Part shown: positions 50,141-59,079 of the stretch, one piece after another
Numbering within the stretch: the first letter of the stretch is position 1
Layout: the number at the start of each line of letters is the position of its first letter
NCBI GenBank assembly: GCA_003224725.1
Contig: QHZQ01000014.1
Coordinates: 26,830 to 90,829 of the forward strand
Reading direction: 5' to 3'
Source of the DNA: Acidobacteriota bacterium
GTDB taxonomy: Bacteria; Acidobacteriota; Terriglobia; Versatilivoradales; Versatilivoraceae
DNA: 64,000 nucleotides
Position numbers and translations under genes: made by a program
The notes under the pieces: model-generated
The model's input: the letters and a program-made list of their open reading frames with translations, nothing else
The model's database searches: none
What the model was told of the DNA's origin: nothing

Positions 50141-51289
50141 TTAAACCCGCCCCTTATTAACTTCCCCTGTTTCTTGCCTGGCTCTGAACTCCGTCAAGTA
50201 GTCAATCAGCCTGCGGGACGCGATAGCATTCCTGATTTCCCTAACCATGTCAAGATAAAAGTAAAGATTGTGGTATGAATTCAGGATGGAAGCCAAAATC
50301 TCGTTGGCCTGGAAAAGATGTCGTAAATAAGCGCGGCTGTAATTGCAGCAAACCAAGCAATGGCAGGCCGAGTCAATGGGTTCTTGGTCTCGTGCATACT
50401 GAGCGTGCTTGATGACGATGTGACCCGCTCGCGTAAAGAGCCAGCCATTGCGGCCGTTCCGAGTGGGCATAACACAGTCGAACATGTCCACGCCAAGCGC
50501 AATGCACTCAACGAGGTCCATCGGGGTGCCAACTCCCATCAGATATCGTGGCTTTCCCACCGGCAAGAGCTCGCAGCTTTGCTGCACCATTTCATACATG
50601 ACTCCCTTGGGTTCTCCCACCGCCAGCCCGCCAATGGCATACCCGGGGAATTCCATATCAAGAAGTCGGTCTATGCATTCATGCCTGAGTTCCGGATGGA
50701 TTCCGCCTTGACCTATCCCAAACAGCCATTGTCTGTGGGGCCAGCACTTTCCCTCATCTCGGGAAAACAGATCTCTAGACCGGCGTGCCCAACGTAGAGT
50801 TCTCTCCATTCCACCCCGCGCGATCAAAAAATCGGATGGATAAGCGGTGCATTCATCCAGAGGCATCAGTATGTCTGCCCCCAGGCACATCTGGATTTCT
50901 ATGGCCTTTTCTGGAGAAAGAAAATGGGATGAGCCGTCCAAGTGAGATCGAAACATTACCCCGTCTTCAAAAATACGTCTCAAAGCTGATATACTGAAAA
51001 CTTGAAAGCCCCCACTATCCGTAATTAGGGGCCGTTTCCAGGAAATGAACCGATGTAGTCCCCCTAGTTCATAAATGAGTTGATGCCCGGGTCTCAGGTA
51101 AAGATGGTAGGTATTACAAAGAAGGATCTCGGCTCCTAACTCCTCCAACTGCTGCTGGGTGATGGCCTTTACAGTTCCGGCAGTGCCTACCGGCATGAAA
51201 ACAGGTGTCTGGATCTCTCCGTGGTCAGTGACAATCCTCCCTAACCGAGCTTTGGTTCGCCTATCCTCTGTGATGACTTGAAAGTTCAA
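50141..51289 (-). CDS. tgt: queuine tRNA-ribosyltransferase
   Basis: ..RTKARLGRIVTDHGEIQTPVFMPVGT.., ..LMGVGTPMDL.., zinc site CHCLVCCNY..H; 382 aa. Confidence 0.95.
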   Translation of the reverse strand: MNFQVITEDRRTKARLGRIVTDHGEIQTPVFMPVGTAGTVKAITQQQLEELGAEILLCNTYHLYLRPGHQLIYELGGLHRFISWKRPLITDSGGFQVFSISALRRIFEDGVMFRSHLDGSSHFLSPEKAIEIQMCLGADILMPLDECTAYPSDFLIARGGMERTLRWARRSRDLFSRDEGKCWPHRQWLFGIGQGGIHPELRHECIDRLLDMEFPGYAIGGLAVGEPKGVMYEMVQQSCELLPVGKPRYLMGVGTPMDLVECIALGVDMFDCVMPTRNGRNGWLFTRAGHIVIKHAQYARDQEPIDSACHCLVCCNYSRAYLRHLFQANEILASILNSYHNLYFYLDMVREIRNAIASRRLIDYLTEFRARQETGEVNKGRV

Positions 51290-51573
51290 ATCATTTTCCT
51301 CATCTGCAGTCTGCTTCCGTCAGTTGGTGGTTCGTGGCGCTTATACGACTAGCGACCGACAATGGATCAGTCGTAACTGAATAGTGTGAAACCCTTGTGC
51401 TTTTTCCTATTACTGAGACCGCCTTCTGCTTCGGCTCAAATTAAACAACAAGTCAAACCAAACTTAAAGATACAATAGCGGGGCTGGTTACTGGGGAGAC
51501 CTATGAGGTAACCGATGGACTACCGATAGCTCGGAGACGTCAAGCACCTGAGCTGATTTAGCAGGGAGGTGCC

Positions 51574-52941
51574 ATGCTCAACAACATTTTCGTTGTGACT
51601 ATATTGCTAAGTGTCCTTTTGGCCGGTTTCACCGGCCACATGGAGGCACTGACCCAGGCATCCATGAAGTCAGCCAAGGATGCAGTGGAACTGGCACTGG
51701 GCCTGGTCGGAGTGTTGGCGCTCTTCCTGGGGTTGATGCGAGTCGCTGCCGACGGTGGACTGTTGCGCCTGCTGACCCGGTCGCTTAAACCCTTCTTGAG
51801 GACCCTATTCCCCACGGTTCCCTATGATCACCCCGCCATGGGCGCCATGATTTTCAATATTGCAAGCACCATTCTGGGACTCGGTAACGCGGCGACTCCT
51901 TTCGGGATCAAGGCCATGATAGAGCTGGACCGTCTGAACGGAGCAAAGGGAACTGCCACTGATGCTATGATTGTTTTTCTCGCCATTAACACCGCAGGAT
52001 TTACGCTCATCCCGACCACGATTATCGGATTGCGCGCTTCGAGTGGTTCCGCAGACCCGGCCGGCATCCTGGCTCCGACCTGGTTCGCCAGCGCCAGCGC
52101 CACGCTCGTGGCCATCACAACCGCCAAATTGCTGGCGCGCCTGCCTCGTTTCCGAGCAACGGATCCTCCGTTGGTAGCGGAGAGCAAAGTCGCAGGCCAA
52201 CAGGAAAAGATCGAGGCGACAGCTTCCCAAGAGAGTTCGGACCAATTGACAGAGCTTGAATTGGAAACCGCCGCGGAGAACCCGACGTTGTCTAAAACCC
52301 CGGTGGCGGCCCCTCGTTGGCGTTTTCTGAGTGTCCCCCTCTTTTCCCTTTTTTTTCTCGGGGCCGCCTGTCTCCATATCATTCGCTCGTTGAGAACGGT
52401 GCCAAGCGGTGACTTGTTGCGCGGAATGCTTTCCTTCTGGGTACTTCCCGCGCTCATTGCGTCACTGCTGCTCTTCGGATGGGCCAGGGGAGTCAAGGTA
52501 TACGAATCACTCGTCGAAGGGGCAAGAGAAGGGTTCAGGGTGGCTGTCCGGATCATCCCGAACCTGGTAGCCATCCTGGTCATGGTGGGAATGTTCCGGG
52601 CATCGGGAGGGCTCGACTTACTGGTCCGGTTCGCGGGTCCCCTCACCGGCAGGATTGGGATGCCTGCGGAAGCCCTTCCCGTGGGAATCTTGAGACCATT
52701 GTCAGGCTCTGGATCCCTGGGATTGGTTGCCGAGATCCTCAAGAGCCGGGGCCCGGATTCTTTTATCGGATATATGGTAAGCACCATCTATGGCAGCACG
52801 GAAACAACCTTTTATGTGTTGGCTGTTTATTTCGGCGCCGTGGGTATCAAAAAGACACGTCACGCTCTTCCAGCCTGTCTACTGGCTGATCTGGCCGGCC
52901 TCTTGGCAGCCGTGTTCATAGTGAACATCCTCTTCCGTTGA
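51574..52941 (+). CDS. nucleoside-recognition (Gate) domain membrane protein, fused SpmA/SpmB-like
   Basis: N-terminal half resembles spore maturation protein A (..LGLGNAATPFGIKAMIELDRLN..). C-terminal half is a second nucleoside-recognition domain. About 62% GC versus about 50% for flanking genes. Confidence 0.7.
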   Translation: MLNNIFVVTILLSVLLAGFTGHMEALTQASMKSAKDAVELALGLVGVLALFLGLMRVAADGGLLRLLTRSLKPFLRTLFPTVPYDHPAMGAMIFNIASTILGLGNAATPFGIKAMIELDRLNGAKGTATDAMIVFLAINTAGFTLIPTTIIGLRASSGSADPAGILAPTWFASASATLVAITTAKLLARLPRFRATDPPLVAESKVAGQQEKIEATASQESSDQLTELELETAAENPTLSKTPVAAPRWRFLSVPLFSLFFLGAACLHIIRSLRTVPSGDLLRGMLSFWVLPALIASLLLFGWARGVKVYESLVEGAREGFRVAVRIIPNLVAILVMVGMFRASGGLDLLVRFAGPLTGRIGMPAEALPVGILRPLSGSGSLGLVAEILKSRGPDSFIGYMVSTIYGSTETTFYVLAVYFGAVGIKKTRHALPACLLADLAGLLAAVFIVNILFR

Positions 52942-53046
52942 TGGACCTGCCTCCCTTTTGGCCGCGCCAGGGCCGATGAAAATGGGGGGGGTACCCAATC
53001 CGGGAGCTGCTCTCCAAGCGGGTCCGTCCTCAAAGAGAAATGAAGC

Positions 53047-54291
53047 TCAGAAATTAGCCGGAGCGACGCTGGGTTCCTTCTTCTTCCATGGAGCAAAGCG
53101 AGACAAGAGGAGTAGTCCGGGCAAGGCGGCTAAGCCACACACTATAAAAAATTGGCTCCATCCCAAGTGCTTTGCCAGATATCCGGTGGGAGCTGAAGCA
53201 AAGACACGCGGAATCCCGATCAAGCTGGACAGCAACGCGTATTGGGTTGCTGTAAATCGGACGTTACATAGGCTGGCCATAAAAGCCGCATAAGCCGTGG
53301 TACCCATCCCACCGCTTAAGTTCTCAAAGGCAATGACTCCGGCCAACATCGGTTTGCTTGGTCCTGCTTGAGCCAGGAGCGAAAAGCAGAATGTTGAAAC
53401 CATCTGCAAGAAGCCGAATATCCAAAGAGAGCGATTGATCTCCAGGCGCAGCATGAGGATGCCGCCCAAGAGTGCACCGGAGATGGTTGCCCCCAGCCCA
53501 AAGGTTTTGGCGATGGCCGCGATCTCCGTCTTGGTAAATCCAATTTTTAGATAAAACGGCGTTGCCATATCACTGGCCATTTGGTCACCGATCTTATAGA
53601 GAAGGACGAAGGCAAGAATTCCCAAGGCTTCCTTCCGCTTGAAGTAATCTAGAAATGGTTCCACTAGCGCTTCCTTTAAGCTTCCCGGCGGAGTTATATT
53701 TCGCCGGGGCTCTGAAGCCGAAAGGGTGGTTACGATGCCCACCAATATAAGACCAGCCATGAGTAGGTACACCACTTTCCAAGGAAAGTGGTCTGCCAAA
53801 AAAAGAGCCAGGGCACCTGAAGTCAACAAAGCGATTCGATAGCCGTTGATCCCCAAAGACGACCCCAACCCAAGCTCTTCATCCTTTAAGACCTCCCTTC
53901 TGTAAGCATCCACTACGATATCCTGGCTGGCGCTGAAAAAAGCTACGAGAAAGGCCAGGGCTGCAACTGTCCAGGGCCTTTGAGCCGGACTTGAAAACCC
54001 CAAGACGCTTATTGCAGCCATGAGAGCTATTTGGGTGATCAACAACCAGCCTCGCCTTCGACCCAAGAAAGGGGGCACATATCGATCCATGAGGGGCGCC
54101 CAAAGGAACTTGAGCGTATAGGGTAATCCAACCAGCGAGAAGATGCCGATGACAGTGAGATCGACCTTCTCCTCGGTCATCCAGGCTCTGAGTGTGGAAC
54201 CGATCAGTAAGAGCGGAATCCCCGAGGAAAATCCCATCAGAAAGAGAACAAGCATGCGCCGGCTCAGAATAACTTTCAATGATGAGTTCAT
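53047..54291 (-). CDS. ampG: AmpG-family MFS muropeptide permease
   Basis: 12-TM MFS with ..GLPYTLKFLWAPLMDRY.. AmpG signature; 414 aa. Confidence 0.75.
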   Translation of the reverse strand: MNSSLKVILSRRMLVLFLMGFSSGIPLLLIGSTLRAWMTEEKVDLTVIGIFSLVGLPYTLKFLWAPLMDRYVPPFLGRRRGWLLITQIALMAAISVLGFSSPAQRPWTVAALAFLVAFFSASQDIVVDAYRREVLKDEELGLGSSLGINGYRIALLTSGALALFLADHFPWKVVYLLMAGLILVGIVTTLSASEPRRNITPPGSLKEALVEPFLDYFKRKEALGILAFVLLYKIGDQMASDMATPFYLKIGFTKTEIAAIAKTFGLGATISGALLGGILMLRLEINRSLWIFGFLQMVSTFCFSLLAQAGPSKPMLAGVIAFENLSGGMGTTAYAAFMASLCNVRFTATQYALLSSLIGIPRVFASAPTGYLAKHLGWSQFFIVCGLAALPGLLLLSRFAPWKKKEPSVAPANF

Positions 54292-54478
54292 AAACTTTGC
54301 TTAAGCATTCGCCGCTCAGGGCGTCAGCTTTCAGCTAAGATCTGGAGATATTATATGGGCTAGTATGGAGATTCACCTCTCCAGCACAGTCCTGGCAATT
54401 GATCTGGTTCTTGCCTGTCTAGGCGGACAGATGAAATCTGATAGTTGAGCATTATGAATTGGAAGGGTTGGATTTGCG

Positions 54479-55771
54479 TTACATCAGGCCTTTCAGTTGA
54501 GTTTCGGATTCGACTCGCCAATCTTTGCTATTCTTCTTTTTCAGACCAGTTGTCGTGACGACTTGCCCTCGATCCAATCGTTTAAAGTCTTCATTGCGGC
54601 TCGAGGTATGCTTCTTAAGCCGGGTCACTTTTGCTCGCCCCTCCGAACCACAGAAATAGACAGAAGATTTTCCCTTCTCTTCGATCTTCTCGCTGACGAC
54701 TCGCCAGATTTGTGAACCCCTTTGGCCTGTAAGCAGGTCTGCCGGATTATCAGACTGATCATAGCCGCCCCGAAAAGCCATTTTCTGTGATTGCCATAAA
54801 CCAGCCTCCCTTACAGAAAGTCCCATTCGATTGAATACCGCATAGGAGTACTTCAGCGAACTTTTCCGGTTTCCCACCAATGAATCAATTTTTTGAATGA
54901 GAGAGGGAGGAGACCAGGCACGATCCTCATGACACCAATCCGAAAGGTTTTCGCGGGCAACCGCAGGACACCGGAGGCTATGTACACAAGGGCTATATAT
55001 CTTAAGGTCCGACTTCTCCAGCAGGAGATCTCTTAAGAGCAACAGTTCCCTCGAAGTCTCCTTTAAAGCAGGTTCAATAAGAATCAAAAAACCCTCAGGG
55101 GCGAGCCACTGCTTCCATATTGCGGAAACCACCTCGCAGCGTTGCTCGATGCGGTTTTCCGTTTCAAGAAATAATTCGTTAAGGACATTTCCGAAAATAA
55201 TGAAGTCAAATTTGCGCTTCGGCTCCAGCAGCAGTCCCTGGCTGAGTTCAGCCAGATAGGTTTGGAGGGTGCACTTCGGAAAGTCCCTGGACGGATCCAC
55301 CCAGCGCAGATATTGCTCAAACAAATGCTGGGCATCCTGCAAATTTGCTCTCAAAGAATCAACGGCAACGCAATCGAGCCAGCCGGTAGCAAGTGGTTCT
55401 TCAGCCAAGAAATCCAGAAACCCTAGTAGCTGTGTGCCAGGCCCGCAGCCCACATCCAGCAAGCGAAGCTCTCTCTTCAGGAATCGAGATCCTTTCGGAT
55501 GAGCCAGAATCTCTTTTAAGATTATTTTCAGTTTAAAGAGATTGCAGGGAAAGAAATAGATCAGATACGCTCTTCGCAGCAGCGGATCATTCAGCAAACT
55601 TTTTGATACACACTGTCTGCGTCTTGTGTAGATATCTGAGAGTTCTGCCACTCCCCTTGCGATTTCTGAAAGCTTGGATTGCGCCAAAGAGTAGAACGTA
55701 TCGCTAGACAAAGTCTTCCCATAAATGCATTCGAAGAGGAGCTTAAGAAATGAATCTGAGCGATCAAGCAT
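54479..55771 (-). CDS. class I SAM-dependent methyltransferase, Rsm22-like (small-subunit ribosomal methyltransferase family)
   Basis: Motif I LDVGCGPGTQLLGF, ..FIIFGNVLNELF.. ; overall architecture similar to the Rsm22/COG5459 family; 430 aa. Confidence 0.55.
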   Translation of the reverse strand: MLDRSDSFLKLLFECIYGKTLSSDTFYSLAQSKLSEIARGVAELSDIYTRRRQCVSKSLLNDPLLRRAYLIYFFPCNLFKLKIILKEILAHPKGSRFLKRELRLLDVGCGPGTQLLGFLDFLAEEPLATGWLDCVAVDSLRANLQDAQHLFEQYLRWVDPSRDFPKCTLQTYLAELSQGLLLEPKRKFDFIIFGNVLNELFLETENRIEQRCEVVSAIWKQWLAPEGFLILIEPALKETSRELLLLRDLLLEKSDLKIYSPCVHSLRCPAVARENLSDWCHEDRAWSPPSLIQKIDSLVGNRKSSLKYSYAVFNRMGLSVREAGLWQSQKMAFRGGYDQSDNPADLLTGQRGSQIWRVVSEKIEEKGKSSVYFCGSEGRAKVTRLKKHTSSRNEDFKRLDRGQVVTTTGLKKKNSKDWRVESETQLKGLM

Positions 55772-55803
55772 AATGGCTGTCCCGCGCCGGCCCGCAACGC
55801 CGC

Positions 55804-57396
55804 TTACGCTGTCGGGTCCTCCTGATACTCGCCAAAGACCTTTCGCAATCGGTCAGAGATTTCCCCAATGCTGGCATAAGCTTCAACCGCTTTAATGATG
55901 GCAGGGAGCAAATTCTGCTTACTGGCGGCAACCTGCTCAATCTGGTCAAGAGATTGCCTCACCAAAAGAGCATCTCTCTCGCTCTTGACTGTTTTAAGAG
56001 AGGTAATTTGATTTTTCTCGATCAAGGGATCCATGCGATGGACTGGAATGGATACTGCCTTTTCTGAGACGAATTCATTAACCCCGACAATCACTCGCTC
56101 GTGACTCTCGATCGACTTTTGATACTCGTACGCCGACTGTTGAATCTCTTTTTGGACATAGCCGCACCCTACAGCCGAAAGCATTCCACCCATTGATTCG
56201 ATCTTGTCCAGGTATTCCTGACTTCGATGTTCAATTTGATGAGTCAGTGATTCCACAGCATAAGCCCCGGCCAAAGGATCCACAATGTCAGCGACACCAC
56301 TCTCATAAGCAATCACCTGCTGGGTTCTCAGCGCCAGACGAACTGCCTCTTCGGTAGGAAGCGACAGCGCCTCATCACGCGAGTTTGTATGCAGAGACTG
56401 TGTGCCACCTAAAACTGCAGCCAGTGCTTGAAGGGTAACTCGAACCGCGTTGAGCTCGGGTTGTTGCGCAGTCAGGGTACTGCCCGCTGTCTGCGCATGA
56501 AACCGAAGCATCCATGACTTCGGATTTCTGGCTCTGAATCGGTCTTTCATGATTTTTGCCCACAGTCTTCTGGCCGCACGAAATTTGGCTACTTCTTCCA
56601 ACCAATAATTATGAACATTGAAGAAGAAAGACAACCGAGGAGCAAAGTCATCAATGGCCAGGCCGGCATCCAGAGCTGCCTGGACATAAGCGATGGCATT
56701 GCCCAGGGTAAAAGCCACCTCCTGAACTGCCGACGACCCTGCCTCTCGAATGTGGTAGCCGCTAATCGATATGGGATTCCACTGGGGCAATTGACCACTA
56801 CAAAAGGAAATAAGGTCCGTCACCAGTCTCATGGAGGACTGGGCTGGGAAAATATAAGTGCCCCGAGCGATGTATTCCTTCAGAATGTCATTTTGGACTG
56901 TGCCGGAAAGCTTTTCCAGCGGCACAGTCTGCTTCTTGGCGACTGCAACTGCCATGGCCAGGAGAATAGCGGCAGTAGCGTTGATGGTCATGGAAACGGT
57001 CACAAGGTTAAGCGGGATCCCCGCCAATAGAATCTCCATGTCGTGCAAGGTGTCGATAGCTACACCCACGCGACCTACTTCCCCGGCGGCCAAGGGGGCA
57101 TCGGAATCCAAGCCCAGCTGGGTTGGCAGATCGAAGGCCACGGAGAGACCCATCTGTCCTAGCCCCAGCAGGTATTTAAAGCGAGCGTTGGATTCAGAGG
57201 CCGTTCCATAACCTGCATATTGGCGCATGGTCCAGAGACGGCCTCGATACATGTCAGATTGAACGCCCCGTGTAAAAGGGAATTCTCCCGGATTACCCAG
57301 GTCGCGGGAATAATCGAAATCCCGCAGGTCTTCAGGCAGGTAATAGGATTTCAATGGAATTTTCGAGGTGGTTTCCACCTTGCGGGCTTTCGACAT
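55804..57396 (-). CDS. methylmalonyl-CoA mutase-family catalytic (substrate-binding TIM-barrel) subunit, without fused B12-binding domain
   Basis: ..[50 protein letters not shown].. ; 530 aa ends before the cobalamin-binding domain seen in full-length MutB. Confidence 0.85.
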   Translation of the reverse strand: MSKARKVETTSKIPLKSYYLPEDLRDFDYSRDLGNPGEFPFTRGVQSDMYRGRLWTMRQYAGYGTASESNARFKYLLGLGQMGLSVAFDLPTQLGLDSDAPLAAGEVGRVGVAIDTLHDMEILLAGIPLNLVTVSMTINATAAILLAMAVAVAKKQTVPLEKLSGTVQNDILKEYIARGTYIFPAQSSMRLVTDLISFCSGQLPQWNPISISGYHIREAGSSAVQEVAFTLGNAIAYVQAALDAGLAIDDFAPRLSFFFNVHNYWLEEVAKFRAARRLWAKIMKDRFRARNPKSWMLRFHAQTAGSTLTAQQPELNAVRVTLQALAAVLGGTQSLHTNSRDEALSLPTEEAVRLALRTQQVIAYESGVADIVDPLAGAYAVESLTHQIEHRSQEYLDKIESMGGMLSAVGCGYVQKEIQQSAYEYQKSIESHERVIVGVNEFVSEKAVSIPVHRMDPLIEKNQITSLKTVKSERDALLVRQSLDQIEQVAASKQNLLPAIIKAVEAYASIGEISDRLRKVFGEYQEDPTA

Positions 57397-57442
57397 GATT
57401 GTGCCAGCGGATTACAAGCTCCCCTACTCGTCAACTCAGGTT

Positions 57443-57709
57443 TCACTTCATAGTTCTCACACGATAAAATGAATGAATGCCGTATCCAAGCATCAAAACT
57501 CCAAAGATGAACGTGGAAATCATTTTGAGATAAGAAATCTCTCCAAAATCTATGAAACTGCGAAGCTGTTTGTAGCCGCTAAAGAGGATCATGCCACCAA
57601 GCACCAAAAAAAAGAACCCAGTGGTTTCCAAGAAAAGTTTGTGCAGTGTTCTAAGGAGGTCTTTAAAGGCTCCTCGTAAGGGTCTGAGCATAGCATCCAG
57701 CATGACCAT
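57443..57709 (-). CDS. hypothetical small two-TM membrane protein (88 aa)
   Basis: ORF 46 nt upstream of the mutase gene; weak RBS; no family recognised. Confidence 0.3.
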   Translation of the reverse strand: MVMLDAMLRPLRGAFKDLLRTLHKLFLETTGFFFLVLGGMILFSGYKQLRSFIDFGEISYLKMISTFIFGVLMLGYGIHSFYRVRTMK

Positions 57710-58163
57710 ATGGATTAGTTATTTGGGGCCATTTCCTGACCGTTAGGGTAAGGTGGACGTTCAGCACTCTCAGTTTAGTACCGCAATGCGAGCGGGGCGG
57801 CATCTCTCCCGTAAGCTATCGCTTACTGACGACACTGCAATCATGCCTCAATTATAAAGTGGACATGATAGCATACTCAACTTCCAAGCAACGGTACTCA
57901 GGTTAGTTAAAGTGAATTAGCCCGGTGGGTAATTTGTGGACAAACCAGAATTCCTTTGATAGCAAGCGAGCAATTCCACCTCAGGGAAGCGTAAGGTACT
58001 TTTCGACTCTGAAGCTCCGTAAGAGCTCCGGACAAGGGAAAGGTGTGAAAATCGATTTCCGTTACCGGTTCCGCTGCTTGCTTTAAGCAGGCAGTGCGCG
58101 GGATTGGTTTCGTGGTTTGGCATGTCACGTCATCCCCCCGCGTCTCCCGCGTCTTGACACACT

Positions 58164-58192
58164 TATTTAATGAGCGTAATATCCCCCAAGCT
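58164..58192 (+). promoter_or_regulatory. near-consensus sigma-70 promoter (TTGACA-N17-TAATAT)
   Basis: -35 TTGACA at 58164-58169, 17-nt spacer, -10 TAATAT at 58187-58192. About 95 nt upstream of the GTG start at 58287, which has a GGAGG RBS 6 nt upstream. Confidence 0.45.
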
Positions 58193-58286
58193 TAAACAAA
58201 ATTTTGCAACTTTCTTTTTCCAAAATCCGATACATAATTGAATGTTAGAGGCCGTAATCTAACAATAAAGAAGAGGCGGAGGCCTT

Positions 58287-58586
58287 GTGGAACCATTGGA
58301 TGAGAATCTGAAGCAGCTTATGAAGGAGTTGGGAGCCGCGATCAACGATACCCTCTCAAACTCGGAAAAGATCGGCGAGGCCATCGCTAAAATTCGAACT
58401 GCAGGCTATGACGTTTTTCTTGTTCTCGAAGCCACTATTGGCTTCAATAAACGCTCAGAGGAAGCTCGGACGGAGTCCGCCTTTAGCAGAAACTACAACG
58501 GGGAAGCCAAGCTCAATATTACTTCCCAGGATGTCAAGTTTCTCAAGTCCCTCAAAATTAGTATTGATGACAAGGAATTAGAATGA
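58287..58586 (+). CDS. hypothetical helical protein (99 aa, GTG start)
   Basis: Strong RBS (GGAGG) plus promoter; no family recognised. Confidence 0.5.
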   Translation: MEPLDENLKQLMKELGAAINDTLSNSEKIGEAIAKIRTAGYDVFLVLEATIGFNKRSEEARTESAFSRNYNGEAKLNITSQDVKFLKSLKISIDDKELE

Positions 58587-58912
58587 AGGTTTTTGGTTTG
58601 ACACCAAAATCGAAGCTGCTCGGGGGGCCGGTTTTCCTAAGGTTTGTTCTATGCTCTGTGTTGCTCACATTAATTCCATCCAATCCAATGGTGGCAAAGC
58701 ACGGCCAAAACAGAGATAGGTTTCGGGGCACCGTAGTCTCTGCAGGCCCAAAAGCGATTACTGTCAAGAGCGAGCAGAATATTTACCTGGTTCGAACCTT
58801 CAACTATACACCGCAGCTTGAAAGAAAAATCCAATCTAAGAAGCCGGCCCCAGGAGAGAAGGTCACGGTTCATTATCTCCGCGGGACGGACATCGCGCTC
58901 AAAGTGAATTGA
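58583..58912 (+). CDS. hypothetical secreted small protein (signal peptide, 109 aa)
   Basis: Start ATG overlaps the stop of the upstream gene (ATGA); N-terminal signal peptide ..FVLCSVLLTLIPS..; beta-rich C-terminus. Confidence 0.5.
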   Translation: MKVFGLTPKSKLLGGPVFLRFVLCSVLLTLIPSNPMVAKHGQNRDRFRGTVVSAGPKAITVKSEQNIYLVRTFNYTPQLERKIQSKKPAPGEKVTVHYLRGTDIALKVN

Positions 58913-59079
58913 CCGCTTGCAAAGCTTTGGAGTGCGGCACCTTGATGCCACTTTGCAACCTCGCGACTTTTCCAGAGCGAACATGGGCAACCTCAAACTG
59001 GGTCTGCCGCGCTTCAAGCTCCCCATTTAATTTGCCAGCTTCTCACGTTTCCACTACAATCGCGTCTGGCTTGACTTGA

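Noticed and set aside
51805-52787. Long minus-strand ORFs (190 and 319 aa) antisense to the nucleoside-recognition gene
   Set aside because: Arg/Gly/Ala-rich, low-complexity translations typical of antisense frames in high-GC DNA; the + strand gene has clear family signatures.
52975-52992. G8 homopolymer tract as a possible phase-variation switch
   Set aside because: It lies between two convergent gene ends (nucleoside-recognition gene stop and ampG stop), so slippage would not affect any reading frame or promoter.
57990-58110. Cobalamin-riboswitch-like core (CAAGGGAAAGGTGTGAAAATC) upstream of the unknown operon and near the B12-dependent mutase gene
   Set aside because: Only the GGGAA-N-GGTG-N-AA-N-TC segment matches. 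No B12 box (GCCAGGAAGACCUGCC-like), no conserved CACUG element, and the flanking genes are not B12 transport or biosynthesis.
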